Positions 11,374-25,043 of a stretch of DNA of 64,000 nt are shown piece by piece. The notes beneath the pieces were generated by a model. That model searched no databases. It was not told the origin of the DNA and was given only the letters and a program-made list of their open reading frames with translations. The number at the start of each line of letters is the position of its first letter. Position 1 is the stretch's first letter. Source of the stretch: Podarcis erhardii (lineage: Eukaryota); NCBI GenBank assembly GCA_964252035.1, contig OZ176201.1; one strand, given 5' to 3'. The position numbers and the translations under genes were made by a program.

Positions 11374-11564
11374 CATAGGAGCCAACTCCTAGGAGTCGTG
11401 GAAGCTTTGCCCACCACAATAAAATATTAGAGGGGCCCAGGTCCCCACACATTTGATGAGTATTCCCAGTCAAATGATGTGTGTGCACTGCATCATGTGA
11501 TCAGTTATGTGGGGCAGGGCTTACCTGGCCCCCCCACAATATTTTATTCAAGTTGGCACCCCTG
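11374..11564. mobile_element. hAT-type MITE (same family as 2140-2331)
   Basis: TIR cataggagccaact / agttggcacccctg; TSD ttgtggtc / ctgtggtc (7/8). Confidence 0.75.
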
Positions 11565-11612
11565 CTGTGGTCTAGCTTTTGGTTTGGATGCCTGTGTTTG
11601 TTTCCTTTAGGG

Positions 11613-11861
11613 CAGGGGTTAGCAACCTTTTCATCCATGGGTTGGTCCACCGTCCCTCAGACCATGTGATGGGCCGGACTATATTTTGGGGTAAAAAATG
11701 AACAAATTCCTATGCCCCACAAATAACCCAGAGATGCATTTTAAATAAAAGCACACATTCTACTCATGTAAAAACACTCTGATTCCCGGACCGTCTGCGG
11801 GCCGGATTGAGAAGGCGATTGGGCCGCATCCAGCCCCTGGGCCTTAGGTTGCCTAACCCTG
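11613..11861. mobile_element. hAT (Charlie-like) non-autonomous element
   Basis: TIR caggggttagcaacc / ggttgcctaaccctg; perfect 8-bp TSD CTTTAGGG; paralogue at 33075-33389 in the opposite orientation. Confidence 0.85.
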
Positions 11862-13752
11862 CTTTAGGGTGCCTAGTGCTATTTCCCCCTCCTTCCTCTC
11901 TTTTTCTCTCCCCTTTTCTATGTTTGAAAACGCAGGGGGGTGAGCTCAAGAGTTCCATCTTGCCTGTTACTGAAACATATTAATGAAATGAAGGTGTGAT
12001 GGCTGTTTCTGCAGACATTTCAAACTTATTCCATCTATCCTCCTCACAGAGGTAGTCAGTGTAATGGCCAGATGTTTGTAAGCTACAATTCCTGCCAACC
12101 TTATCATTGCCCATGCTGGCCAGGGATCATGGGAGGTGAACCACATCTGGAAGGAACCCTGTTTTTGACCCAAACAAATCTGAAATCCGCCATATCTGAG
12201 AACTGTAGGCCTTACGCTGAAGCCACCATCAATTTTGCTCATTGGGGAAATGTAACTAGACAAATCTTAAGGGTTGCTAGCATTCCTTCCCCATGGTGTT
12301 TTGAAATATGCTTTAGCAAAACAAAACAGCACAAATGTATATGAAAATTGTTCTCCCTGGTCCTATCACCTTGTTGACACTGTACTTGGCAAATGAGGTA
12401 GCCATATGCAGTTTCACTTTGAAACTTCACAGCATGTCTGCACAGTGTTAGGTACATTTTTTAAAAAATGTTGTTAAAACACAAACATAATCAGCAAAAA
12501 ACTGTAGTTTTGTTATATTACCATTCTAGATTTGCTTTTCATTGTTAAAGATCTAAAATACATGAATGTATGTGCCAGGCGAGCCTTTCAGGGGAGGGAG
12601 TTGTCCCCTGCACTTGAGAAGGGCTCCTCTCCTCCCCAGTCTCCATCTGCCCCACCTCACACAGTCAAGGCACCTACATAATGGCCCTCAGATGATTAGC
12701 TCAGTAAACTGGAAGGTTGATATGAGAATAGGCATAACTTCAGGTATCCAAGTTTCAAATTTTAGAGGTCAACACACCAGCACCCAGAAATGGATTGGGA
12801 GCCTGGCAACTCTTTAAGCTATTGCCACGAAGGAAGCTACTGTTAAGGAAGGAAGCAATGGTTAGTCAACACAGATTTTTATTATTTTAAATTGGTGGTT
12901 GTGATGGGGAAAGTCATGGCAAACAGTTGCAACAGTCATAATTCAAAGCATGGATTCAGTCTGTGTTTACCTTGTCCTCAATCCCCAATTCCAGGGATAG
13001 CACTCAGGATTCTATTGGATGTTTGTGTGTAGAGGACAGAAGGAGTCTTCCAATAAACCTTGTGAAGTATAGGGACCATGAGAAAAGTAGTGTTGGTAAT
13101 TCACTCTTTCTACCTTTGTTTTGAGGTCAGAATGTTTATGCAAACTGCCCATCCTCTTTAAAGTTTCCCCTGTGTACTTTAAGTGTGCAGAATATGAGGC
13201 TTAGGTCATGCACCCTCTCATCTGAGTGATCGGCTCCCTACCAGGGGTTGTATATTGCTGTGGGGGTGCTGTGATTGAGTGCAGTTAGCCAGGAAGGATC
13301 ATAGCCTCTGTTGGTATTAGGGTGTGGGGAACTGGTGTTGGGGGCTATGTGTTTCGACTCTCCACTGAGTTCAGTGGAAGTTTTTTTCATTCATATTATA
13401 CTGTGCTTTTGTCTACATAATTTTAGACTTGCACAGGGTCTGGAAACAGATTCTGGCCTTTAGCATTCAAGCTAAGCCTGCTCCTCCCTCGACATGTCCC
13501 TGTGCACTCCATCTTCAGCCCCTCCAGTGATGGGGATGCTTCAACATAACATTACAGCAGAATACCCTTGACTTTGCTATGGTGTCAGATCCCCAGGTGG
13601 TGGCATATTGCTACAATCCATTAGTGTAGGGAACTTGCACCAAATCCTAAAGATATCCAGCCAGCGCCACTTGAATTGCAGCTTTAGTACTCAAAAGTTC
13701 AATGTATCTTTTGTGAAAGTAATGCAATTTTTTTTTAGTTTTGTGGAGGCAT

Positions 13753-13753
<1 letters not shown>

Positions 13754-13783
<30 letters not shown>
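13754..13783. repeat. (TG)n microsatellite
   Basis: Read directly. Confidence 0.95.
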
Positions 13784-13789
<6 letters not shown>

Positions 13790-15200
13790 TGAGGTAGAGT
13801 TATAATTGCCTTTCCTTAAGTTAGTGTTTCAGTTGCAAAGCTTTCCTCTTAAACTCAAAATGGTAATGTTTTGTGCCTAGGAAAATTTGATTTCTGCCCA
13901 CCTTGTTGAAAACCTCTATTGTAATGGACTGGATTAGTGCCATGGGCACCACTAAAACTGCATGTGACATTGGTAACTATAAGCGACATGACTCTTCCAT
14001 TGATGTCAGTACTGCTTCAAGTACCTTTTAAATGTTTAATTTCTAAATTTCTTTTTGAAAGCCGAGCCACTCACCTGCTGTGCCACTCATCTGAAGGAGC
14101 ATTCATCCAACTGTTTAGACAAAGCTAAAGGTGGCATACACTGGCAAGGCTGTTCCTCCCCTGAAGCCATGGTCCTCCTGCTCCATGGCCACCTCCGGAT
14201 CCCTCTCACATGTGTAGAGGAGTCATTGTCTCACTTCACACCGTGTGCTGTAGGCACTGGGAAACAGGGGCATTTGTTTCTTTGCTTCAAAGTGTCTCCA
14301 AATCGTGGCAAGAAGGTTGAGCCCCTTCTCAACCCAGAGTTCTCTACTAGTACCAGAAAGGATGGGAGAGTCACTGTGTTGCTTCCATCATGATGCTTGG
14401 TGCTTTTCCTCGCCCCCAATTTCTCTGAGAGGCACAAAGGATGTAAGGAAGGTTTGCACTGGGCTAACAGGGGCAGATAGTTGGCAAAAAGGGATTGTAG
14501 TCACTGCTGTCCATCTGGCAACCACAGTTGTGGGTCCTTTGTCTTACTCATGCCACACGAGTGTGAATTATACCAGAATCACATGGGACTGACATATGAT
14601 GTGATTACTTCCTATGCCAGAGTCACCAGCCTGCCCTTTTCACCTGTTCCATGTGATTTATGTGTATGTGTGTGATGCTGCAGCATGGGTACAATCTTCT
14701 TGCAAGTGGTTTGCATGCCACAATGGCAACCTATTAATCAGATCTAAATGTGTGGAGGATAGCAACCAAAATTTGCTCCTAATGCACAAGTTGTAGAACA
14801 GAATGTAAGAGTGTGATCCTATACTCGGCACAACTGCCTTTTTTTACATTGGTTAAATTTCTGTGGCAGTTCTGTAAGTTGAACTAAACTCTACGCAACA
14901 TGAGGGATATTCTTCAGTGTCAATGTGGTGAGATTTAAAGAAAGGGTCTGGCTCTGATACAAGCCATTATTATAACAGCATACACCAATTTGCATATAAC
15001 TAAAATAGTCTCATATAATCAGAATTGAAGCAATATCATGAAAATGATAGTTGGTCAGTTACACCACAATCTTAACCAGAAACAGAAATGAATAGATCAC
15101 TGGAGCAAGTTGTACTTGCATAAATAATATGTATGCATAGGCTTTAAAATCTTCTTCATATGTGCTATGTGTAGATGACACTATGTCTCACTTTGGCACC

Positions 15201-15553
15201 TGTCAGGGTTGGCCTATGGGAAGCAGCCTGGGGTGTCCAGAAAATGGGAACCTGGAGCCATGGAACAAGCCAGTAGTTGGAACTGAAGGACAAATGAGCC
15301 AGGATTGAGAAGGAAGCCAGAAGTCAGGACCAGGACAACCAAAGAATACAGGGATGTGCCAGAGTTTGAAAACAAAACAAAACACCATTGTTGTTCAGGC
15401 AAGGAAGTCCTCTTATACTTGTTCCCGTCCAAGAGGCAATATGGGTGGGCAGTCTCAGCCCAGGAATGCTAAACTGTCAATGCAGAGGTTTCAACATCCA
15501 GTTCGGTGGCTCACCACAAAGCCTCCCAGTTCAAGCGTTAGCATCACTTGACA
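15201..15553 (-). mobile_element. Solo LTR (Gypsy/ERV-like)
   Basis: TGTCA...TGACA termini with perfect 5-bp TSD GCACC (15196-15200 and 15554-15558). Orientation is inferred. Confidence 0.75.
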
Positions 15554-16857
15554 GCACCTCACCACTTGACTAAACTTGTCAGAGCTATGAGGAATCTGAC
15601 ATTCAAGCATTTGGGGTTTGAAATTTAGCAACTGCTCACTGAAGATCAGATTCATGTGTCATATTAATAAAGAACCAAATAGGATTTGAGAAAATTATAC
15701 CAATTGTACTTCTTACCATTGTTCACATAAATGATCCTATTGTTAAGAAATATTTCTGAAGGGTTTCTTTGGAATGTGATTATCTGAGGTGATGAATTAA
15801 AGTGCCCTGTTTTCATTTGTTTTCTACCTTTTTAATGACCACTTTTTGCATTAAAGCCTGCCCCCCCCCCAATAAATAAATCTTGGCTATGCCCATGGGG
15901 CTGGCTGGGATGGAATTTATTTCTGAGGCGACATGATAAGATGTAAGCTCATTGGAGGAACTATGGTTTACACAAATGCTACATCTATGGGTAGGTCTAA
16001 GACACCCTCCATTTCTAGATATTTTCCTTTTCCTGTGTCTATTTCTGAATGGGAACACAGGTAACATTGAATCCATCTCACTCCTGCCTGGGTGTTTTAA
16101 AGAGAAGATTGAAAGGATTTATGCACAGAAGTTCTTTTTTAAGGATACATTGTCTTTCTTTATAGCAGCAGTCACAAAAGCAAACCAACATCTCCAAAAG
16201 GTCCAGTTCTTCAGCATGCAAAAAAAGTGAGCTATGGTTGAGTCAGGTGGGTTTCTCCATGGAGGGAATTGTATAGTGCCAGGATAGAAAAGGCCTTGCC
16301 TCTTACATTCATCTGCCAAATGTTAGTTATGGTTCAGGTTCTCTCGGGCTGATCTCTGTGCACTGAAGGTTACATACAGAAGAAAGTAACAAGGTCTCAG
16401 GCAGTTTAGGACTTTTAACGTAAAGATGTGTGTTTCTTAAGCAAGAAGACAGCTTGGTGCAGGCCTATATTCTGTGCCTAATGGATGTGAGAATGACTGT
16501 GCACACCTGCAGTAGGGAAGACACTCCTGTAACAGCAAAAACTGCCTTAAGCTGAATTGGCCATTGACTCAGCTAGCTCAGTATTTTCTACATGCCTGGA
16601 ATCTATATTCAGTGTTAATTGTTTTGAAGAAATATACAGGTACACCTGGCCACAAGAATATAATGCTTTCTAACCATATCTACTTTTAAATGTATATTTC
16701 CAAATTCTTACTCTGTGTGGTTGCTCAACCTCACCTCCTGCCCGTTCTAAATTAAAAAGCAGTGATGGATAACAGGCAGGGGCAAGCTCATGGAAGACAT
16801 CCCAGTTGCCACAGTTTCAGTGAGAGGGGACTTTCACTGAGATAATTAAACAGTCAT

Positions 16858-16984
16858 GAAGAGCATCTGCTTTAAATGAAGGTCTCACTTTCTCTCTCTG
16901 GCATCTCCAGGTAGGCATAGCAAATACTCCTGCCAACAGATGGACCAATGGTCTGGCTTGTATAAGGCAGCTTTCTACGTTCCT
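16858..16984 (+). mobile_element. Squam2-like SINE, internally deleted
   Basis: gagcatctgcttt...ggcatctccaggtagg...gatggaccaatggtctggcttgtataaggcagctttctacgttcct. Confidence 0.65.
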
Positions 16985-17119
16985 TTCAATGTACCTGCCA
17001 TTTACTAGTAAGGTGTAAGGCAGCATTTAATTTTATCTATTGTTACTTATTGCCCCACTCCTTCCTCATCCTGTTCTTTGTTCATTGTGTTTGGAGAACA
17101 ATGGATGGGCTTTCAGTGG

Positions 17120-17120
<1 letters not shown>

Positions 17121-17153
<33 letters not shown>
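17121..17153. repeat. (GAT)11 microsatellite
   Basis: Read directly. Confidence 0.95.
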
Positions 17154-17254
17154 AAATTGTGCTATTAATTTTAATTGAGCTAGCACATATTTGGTTGCTT
17201 GGTTCTGTTTGAGTAGTACTGAAAACTGCTCTGGGATAGACATTGTGTAGGGTA

Positions 17255-17393
17255 NNNNNNNNNNNNNNNNNNNNNNNNNNNNNNNNNNNNNNNNNNNNNN
17301 NNNNNNNNNNNNNNNNNNNNNNNNNNNNNNNNNNNNNNNNNNNNNNNNNNNNNNNNNNNNNNNNNNNNNNNNNNNNNNNNNNNNNNNNNNNNN
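17255..17393. other. Assembly gap (139 N) abutting an (AT)/(ATCT) microsatellite
   Basis: Run of N. Confidence 0.99.
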
Positions 17394-17441
17394 ATATCTA
17401 TATCTACGGTATATCTATATATCTATATATAGATATATCTA

Positions 17442-17479
<38 letters not shown>

Positions 17480-17500
17480 CACACAGAGAGAGAGAGAGAG
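17394..17500. repeat. Compound (AT)/(ATCT)/(AG) microsatellite
   Basis: Read directly; abuts the gap. Confidence 0.9.
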
Positions 17501-17640
17501 GGTTGTATGCAACACTGCTGTTCTACTCCTGCAGCGGAACTTCCCCTTTCTCTCCATTATACCCCCTCAGGCATCCTCAAAATCTGCTCCAGAGGGTTGG
17601 GGGTCCTACAGAGCAGATTTGGGGATAGGGGGAAGAAAAG

Positions 17641-17805
17641 AAAGGAAGCCCCATTGTCCCAGTGTGAAAGCCACTCACACAACACTGGATATAGCAAACT
17701 GACTGGCAGTGGCTCTCTAAGGTTTCAGACAGGAGACTTTCCCAGCCCTACCCAGAGATGGTAGGGATTGAATCTGGGGCCTTTTGCCTGCACCAAAGCC
17801 TCTGC
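17641..17805 (-). mobile_element. Squam2-like SINE, degenerate
   Basis: gactggcagtggctctctaaggtttcagacaggagactttcccagccctacc... is the reverse complement of the same SINE body. Confidence 0.55.
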
Positions 17806-19316
17806 TGTGTATATCTTGGTCTTCCTTATTTTTGTTCTCTCCTCCCTCCCAAACAATTCAGTGAGAGAAAGAGGGTGTAAGAGAACGAAACAGGGCCTAT
17901 TTTCAGCTACTATTTTCAGGGAGCATTTTAAGAAGCAGGCAGCAGATGAGACTTTGTTTTTGTAGTGTATAGGCACATGTATGCACGCCATAGTTTTTAC
18001 AATATAAATAGTGTATTCTGGTCATATGAGGCTTTTACTAAGCTGCATCAGAATATCTTCAGATATAAGCAAAAGTCTGTACTCTCTGGCAGATTGAGGA
18101 TTAACAACTAAATTGCTGTTCCAGTTGCCCAGTCTTTTAGCATAATGTGAACTTGACAAGTCTTGCTAAATATAAAAGTGTCTCGTAGGTGAATTAATGA
18201 GAATGACACATTCATCCTTGTTCAGAATGGTCTTGTTTGACAGTGTCTGAAAATAAAATGGAGAGATACCCAGGCAAAAGAATATATGTCTGTTCCCACA
18301 CCCCCTGCATTCCTTTCATCTCTTGTCATTTTTAAAGTACTCAGATAGCCATGATATATATGTATCATTCATTGAAATGTTTCTATTACATTCCACTGTC
18401 TCCACAGCCTTCCTTAGCATTAGCTGCATTGGCAAAGCTGGGCATTTCCTCAGTGACACCATCAAAATGGATGTCACCATGGGCAGGGTTCTTGCCGACT
18501 GTGATGTTGAGGCAGATGAGACAATGGCACCAAGAGAGTGAGAGCAGAGAGACTGGACAAGGGTGAGGACAATGGCAGCTGGAGAGAGGAGTGACTAACT
18601 TTAAAGCTTCAGTGGCATTTGCAGTCCCTTGTACTGTGCATGTTTGAAGCATCTCTTTGAAAGATGCTGCTAGGTCCCTTCCCCCAAGATGAAAAATATC
18701 CAACATTATCATTAATTATCATTAATCCTAATCCCTTATTAATAAACACCTGAATATCTGAAATTATCTATGAAGAGTATTTGTTATAGTGCATGCCAGC
18801 TTGCAATTCACTTGTAATTCTTAGATTGCAGAAGGCCAATAGAAAATATTAGAACATTCTGATATTTACATTCCAAGAACAATCAAGCATATTGACCACC
18901 TTCAACCTTGTGCCTTGCCATTTATGGATACATATCAATAAAACTTCTAACACAAGAATTTCTGACACTTACAATACAGTACACCCCAAGGGTAATTTAA
19001 TGTCTTAACCTAATGGCCAATCAGTACATCAGATTTTTATTATATATCTAAATTTGTAGCTTCATGCTACTGATATATATTTTATTGCTACAGAATTTTC
19101 ATTCAATCTATCCTGCAAAAGACTTTTGAATTCTCAACCAAAAGTATATAGGATAAGGAGGCTGTAGTGAAGAGGAAATAGGCTAAACTAGTAAAGTATT
19201 TTAGAGCTATTCACTATTAATGAAAGGAAACCAGTACCTGTAATTGAAAGCTCCCATCCTGATGAAGAACAGGAACTTGCTCCTTAATTGCCCCCTAATT
19301 ATCAGTAATTGTTTAG

Positions 19317-19550
19317 TAAAAGGTAAAGGTAAAGGATCCCTGGATGGTTAAGTCTCATCAAAGGCACTCATCACCTTTCTGCCACAGTGGTACCTGTTTA
19401 TCTACCTGCACTGGCGTGCTTTCAAACTACTAGGTTGGCAGAAGCTGGGACAGAGCAACAGGAGTTCACCCCATCAGGGGATTCGAACTGCCAACCTTCT
19501 GATCGGCAAACCCAAGAGGCTCAGTGGTTTAGACCACAGTGCCACCCGCG
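19317..19550 (-). mobile_element. Sauria SINE (Squam1), internally deleted
   Basis: (AAAGGT)n tail on the left, body tgctttcaaactactaggttggcag...ggattcgaactgcc, tRNA-like head on the right. Confidence 0.8.
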
Positions 19551-20249
19551 TAATCAGTAATGCTGGCCTACACGGAACAAGAAGCAGTTAGGAGCAGAGG
19601 AAGATATTCCTTCCAAAGGAGGAAGCTTCGATTTAAAGGCATTGTAGACCTGAAAAGCCTCCATTCAATGTTTCCAGTTTTCTTTGGGCAGGGTGCCACT
19701 GCATGTGCATTTTAAACATTCACACACCCTTCCAAAATCAGGGCTATGAAACACAGGGCAACAGAAAAAACTGAACTGCAACTAGTTGACAATGACATCA
19801 TCTGATTCCTAACTAAAAAGTGAGTGAAGAATGGATGGCAATTGCAGGCTCAATTGCTGGTGTGGAAGCAACCAGTCTTTTTTCAGGAGTTGGTACCTAA
19901 GCTATGGGTGGATGGGTCAACACAATAATTGGCTACATGCATGCCAAGTGGAGGTTATCAAAAGGACAGGAAGTATGGTTCCACTTAAACACACTAGCAG
20001 CAAAATGAATAATCCTTCAACCCTGGAAAGCCTGAACCACGGCATGTACAGAACACTGGATACAAGACCTCTTGCAACTAGCAGCCAATGATAACATTCT
20101 ACTCTACAAAGTACATGAAAAATCAATCTTCCAAAAGATTTGGAGGGCATTTTTGGAATCCTTCACCAAGTAGTACCCACAACTGTAAGCAGTGGGAGGC
20201 ACAATGCAGGAATGGAAACTTCCCCAACTTAATGGATGTTAATCTAAGA

Positions 20250-20385
20250 CAGGCATAGGCAAACTCCAGATGTTTTGGGACTACAACTCCCAGCATCCCT
20301 AGCTAACAGCTAACAGCGCCAGTGGTCAGGGATAATGGGAGTTGTAGTCCCAAAACATCTGGAGGGCTGGGTTTGCCCATGCCTG
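20250..20385. mobile_element. Palindromic hAT MITE (~136 bp)
   Basis: TIR caggcataggcaaac / gtttgcccatgcctg with a long internal inverted repeat; perfect TSD ATCTAAGA. Confidence 0.88.
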
Positions 20386-21357
20386 ATCTAAGACTAGTGC
20401 AGAACAGTGGCACTCATTTATCCTCAACCTTATTGGACATGCAAACCTGAACATGTGTAGCATGCTAAAAAAACCTGAACAACAGAGATGGCAATACTGT
20501 AGCTAGAGAGAGAGAGAGAGCATGAGGTTGGAAGGAGGGAGGGGGAATAAGGGATTGTACTCGTCTATTGTAATACTGTGAAAATGCTAATAAACCATGG
20601 ATGATAAAAATTTGCATTTGCTTGCTTCCAGAAAATAGCAATTTCCTGTAGGATCCTGGTAAAAAAACAGGGGACACCGCATTATTATTGTTCCCCTTTT
20701 CCTAGCCCTTCCCCCCCATTTTCACTTTATTCTTTTGATATTTCACCTTCTTTCTGCATTTAGTCTTCACTCTTTGCCCTCAACATCATACAGTATCACA
20801 ATGTTTGATCATATTTACTCATTCCTTCTTTCATCTTTGCTATAGATAGTTCTCTCGCATACACCCCCCCACCAGCACCAACTCGCCCACACCATATGCA
20901 CATTCATCTGGGGGAAAACTTTGGTTTCCAGCCATTCCTGAGAGGGAGAAGGGAAGAGTTAGGTCTATAAAGTAAACATATTTTGGTTCAAATGAAGTTT
21001 TTTCTTTCTCTGATGTATCGATCCAGATGGAGACATACTTCAAATGTACAGCAAAGCTTCTAAGTGCTCCCCTTTCAAAAGCACCTTGTTCTCCCAACAA
21101 TCAGCAAGTTTCCCGAAGGAACTTTCAACAGTATCCTCCAGATGCACAATGAGGAGATTTTGGGAAAAGTAGAGAGAAACAAAGGCATTTAGGGTTTCTC
21201 TGAATTGAATCCTGTGTATTCAGACTGATTACCCTTGGGAAGCAGATTATAAGAAATGTTGCAAAAAAATTCATAGCATTCAAAAACATAATACTGCTGT
21301 TTTAAAGAAGAAATTGTTCGGTGGAGCAAATGTTTGTTTTTAAAGAAAGGAAGAATG

Positions 21358-21363
<6 letters not shown>

Positions 21364-21416
<53 letters not shown>

Positions 21417-21419
21417 ATA
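21364..21419. repeat. (TA)n microsatellite
   Basis: Read directly. Confidence 0.95.
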
Positions 21420-22169
21420 ATATTTAAAAATCATATAATAAATCATATAATAAATGAATAAAAAGAGAACCTACTCAAGTGATGCTGACACCAAAACCCC
21501 CCACATATGCTAAGTAAAAGAATGCAAGTTTTATGACCCCCCTCTCTTCTTTCCCAACCATATACTGTATACAATATTAATGTCTCACATCTAATGTAAC
21601 TGATCTGTAGAAAAGACTCTATGACTTGAAAAAAGAGACAAACCAAAGAAAATCTGTAATAAAAACTCTTTTAAAAAAAATCATCCTCATGAATGCATGG
21701 CCAGTATTGATTATTATTTTTGTCATTGGTTTCTTTTTGGTTGATATTAATATTATTGAAACTCATTCATTTTCTTAGACATTTGGAATTAAGAGTTTTT
21801 TCTCTCTTTTTAGCAAGTTTCCACTTCAAAATGTAAAAGACATTAGAGTGGCTGCACAGTTAATGAAAATACGATAAACACAATTCTCCATTTCTTTTCT
21901 TGGAAGTCATTAAATAATTTTGCATGCAGTAACCTCCGCACATTTTCTAATACAGAAGTGGAGTGTGGACAAAAGCTGGGAGCATTAGTAGTAGCTCCTG
22001 AAATGGGAGTGTGCATAATTCAGATGTAAAGTAGGAAACACATTTCTGCTGCTTGAACAGAAAGTCATTATATGCTTTGCCTGGTGGCAATAAGGGGGTT
22101 CAGGTGACTTAATCCACATTGTAAAAGAATATGTATCTGTGGTGTGTGTGTGAAGATTACATGGGTGCA

Positions 22170-22305
22170 TAGGCATAGGCAAACTTGGCCCTCCAGATGT
22201 TTTGCGACTACAATTCCCATCATCCCTAGCTAACAGGACCACTGGTCAGAGATGATGGGAGTTGTAGTCCCAAAACATCTGGAGGGCCAGGTCTGCCTAT
22301 GCCTG
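22170..22305. mobile_element. Palindromic hAT MITE
   Basis: Same family as 20250; TSD not recognisable. Confidence 0.8.
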
Positions 22306-22475
22306 GGGCTAACCCTGCCCTCACTGCCAAATGCTTGGCAGCCATGCCCTCACTATCCTTGTGTCTAGAAGACTTTTATGTGCATAGCAGCATTCGTGTG
22401 TAAGACTCCTCATAGAATGTTCTAATTTGTCCCTTTAGCATGGAAGAACTGTACATGCTTACATCAGTACACACT

Positions 22476-22718
22476 GAGAGCCAGTGTGGTGTAGTGGTTA
22501 GGAGCGGTAGACTCGTAATCTGGTCAACCGGGTTCATGTCCCTGCTCCTCCACATGCAGCTGCTAGGTGACATTGGGCTAGTCACACTTCTCTGAAGTCT
22601 CTCAGCCCCACCCACTTCACAGGGTGTCTGTTGTGGGGGAGGAAGGGAAAGGAGATTGTGAGCCGCTTTGAGATTCCTTAAGGGATAAAGCGGGATATCA
22701 AATCCAAACTCTTCTTCT
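22476..22718 (+). mobile_element. tRNA-derived SINE with (CTT)n tail (Squam3-like)
   Basis: gagagccagtgtggtgtagtggtta head with A/B-box-like motifs and a tail gatatcaaatccaaactcttcttct; second copy at 37405. Confidence 0.8.
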
Positions 22719-22796
22719 GACCCACCCCAAATCTCCCAATGCATGGATGCTGAGGCTGCTGGTTCAACTTGCAGCACTGGCTGGGCTAGCCTAAGG

Positions 22797-22932
22797 CAGT
22801 GTTTCCCAACCTTGGGCCTCCAGATGTTTTTGGCCTACAACTCCCATCATCCCTAGCTAGCAAGACCAGTGGTCAGGGATGATGGGAATTGTAGTTCAAG
22901 AACAGCTGGAGGCCCAAGGTTGGGAAACACTG
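22797..22932. mobile_element. Palindromic hAT MITE, variant TIR
   Basis: TIR cagtgtttcccaacc / ggttgggaaacactg; perfect TSD GCCTAAGG; shares its internal body with the 20250 family. Confidence 0.88.
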
Positions 22933-23696
22933 GCCTAAGGAGCCACACATCCCCCCTCACACATTTTGTCATGCTTTCTCTAGTTGTCCCCTAACGATTG
23001 CTCTTTCCTCTTTGAAGGCATATTTTCCTTTTCCTTTTTCCTCAGCTGGGATCGAAGGGCACATGGCTGTTGCATCCTTCTCAAGTCGTCCTGCCAGCCC
23101 TGAGCTCCTTTGCAATGTTAGGAATAGTTCCAGCCCAACAAATCCTTCAGATCATATCCCAGCCTCACAGGTCTGGCAGGGTGGTGTGAGCAGAGCCCCC
23201 CAGAAAAATGTGCCTGGGGCCATCACCCCGGCAGTTCCCCCACATGCTATGCCCTTGAATAAGACAAGTCCTGCCCTCAGGCTTCTGAGCTAAAACACAT
23301 GGCATGAAGAGAAATGAAATTGGAAGGGAGGAGTTAAAACAAAAGCTCAAGCGCTGTTTCTTTGTTAAAGTGTGCTTGTAATGAGCAGCTGGAATGGAAA
23401 CAATTCAAGGGGAGGAGCAGCCAAAAGTTGCTGGACTTGATGGAGAGGACTTGGAATTCAGTTCTCTTCAGTAGGCTGATGGAATGTTTGCTGACAGATT
23501 CCAGTTGAGGGAGGAGCCTGGTGGAGCAATGAGGTCACATGAGATAAGGATTGTAAGGTACTTAGCACACTAAAAGAAGTACAGAAATGCAAGCTACTTG
23601 ATCTTACACATAGAAGAATGGTTTGTGTCACAAACCAGGCCTAAACTGAAGGCCTATAATGCAAGACCTGTGCTGTTTCACCCTCCCTCTCTTATA

Positions 23697-23938
23697 CAGT
23701 CTTACCTTGGTTCTTGAACAGAATCTGTTCTGGAAGTCTGTTTGATTTCCAAAAACGTTCGAAAACCAAGGCGTGGCTTCCGGTTGGCTGCAGGAGCTTC
23801 CTTCACTCAATCGGAAGCCACATCAGAAGTTTGGCTTCCAAAAAAAGTTCACAAACCATAGCACTTACTTCTGGGTTCGCGGCGTTCAGGAGCCAAAACA
23901 TTCGAGTCACAAGGCATTTGAGAACCAAGGTATGACTG
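23697..23938. mobile_element. Tigger-like MITE (second family)
   Basis: TIR cagtcttaccttggttc / gaaccaaggtatgactg flanked by TA on both sides. Confidence 0.75.
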
Positions 23939-24695
23939 TAGTCTCTTTTAACCACTTGTCCTTTGTCTCTATCTGCATTAAGTTTATGTGAGCTATAACC
24001 ACTTTTAACTATTTGCTTTTATCCTTCTCCTCTTTTATTCACATGTTTGTATCTTATGCTGGCCTGCGACCGTAATAAAGTTTGTTGTTGTTGCTGTTGT
24101 TATCTTAGACTGGCTCTAAGGTCACCTTTTAGTATCCTGCATGTGATGGAGATTTCTGCACTGCTTTTTCTTTTAAATCCAATGTTCATAGCCTGAATTT
24201 TAGATTGTATGCTACCATTGCATCTCTCTTGCATGAATGTATGTTGCAAAAATACAATATCTAGATTAACTGGTGTGTGGCAGTGGTTGTTTTCACTGTT
24301 GGTTCAAGCATCTTCTTGCAATTTTATTTTGCTACATAATGAAACTGCCTCTAGCTTATATTGGAGTTTGTAAACTGAGTGTATGTTTCCCCACCATATT
24401 GTACTAAACATAAATCACAGTCTAGTACTTGCAGTATGTATGTAATACTTACTCCCTACTAAGTATGGCGTACAAATTTGCTCTGATAGCTTTTGTAGTT
24501 GTCCTCTAACAATCAATAGAGCAACAGATTAATTGCTCTTACCTCTCAGAATGCATACATTTTTTCCTTACTTTTTCCTCACTAGTGGCTTATACAGTGC
24601 TTTGAGGCATCAATACATTCTTCTGTAGGTTGGCTACTTATACATAACCAGAAAAGAGGTGCAGCACCAAAAAATAAATGACTAATTTATATGTA

Positions 24696-25043
24696 AAGGT
24701 AAAGGAACCCCTGACCATTAGGTCCATTTGTGGCCGACTCTGGGGTTGCGGCACTCATCTCGCTTTATTGGCCAAGGGAGCCGGCGTACAGCTTCCGGGT
24801 CATGTGGCCAGCATGACTAAGCTGCTTCTGGCAAACAAGAGCAGAGCACGGAAACGCTGTTTACCTTACCTCCGGAGCAGTACCTATTTATCTACTTGCA
24901 CTTGACGTGCTTTCGAACTGCTAGGTTGGCAGGAGCAGGGACCGAGCAACAGGAGCTCACCCCATTGCAGGGATTCAAACCGCGACCTTTTGATTGGCAA
25001 GCCCTAAGCTCAGTGGTTTAACCCACAGTGCCACCCGCGTCCC
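24696..25043 (-). mobile_element. Full-length Sauria SINE
   Basis: ~350 bp; the minus strand starts gggacgcgggtggcactgtggg and ends in (ACCTTT)n; 13-bp TSD TAATTTATATGTA (24683-24695 and 25044-25056). Confidence 0.9.
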
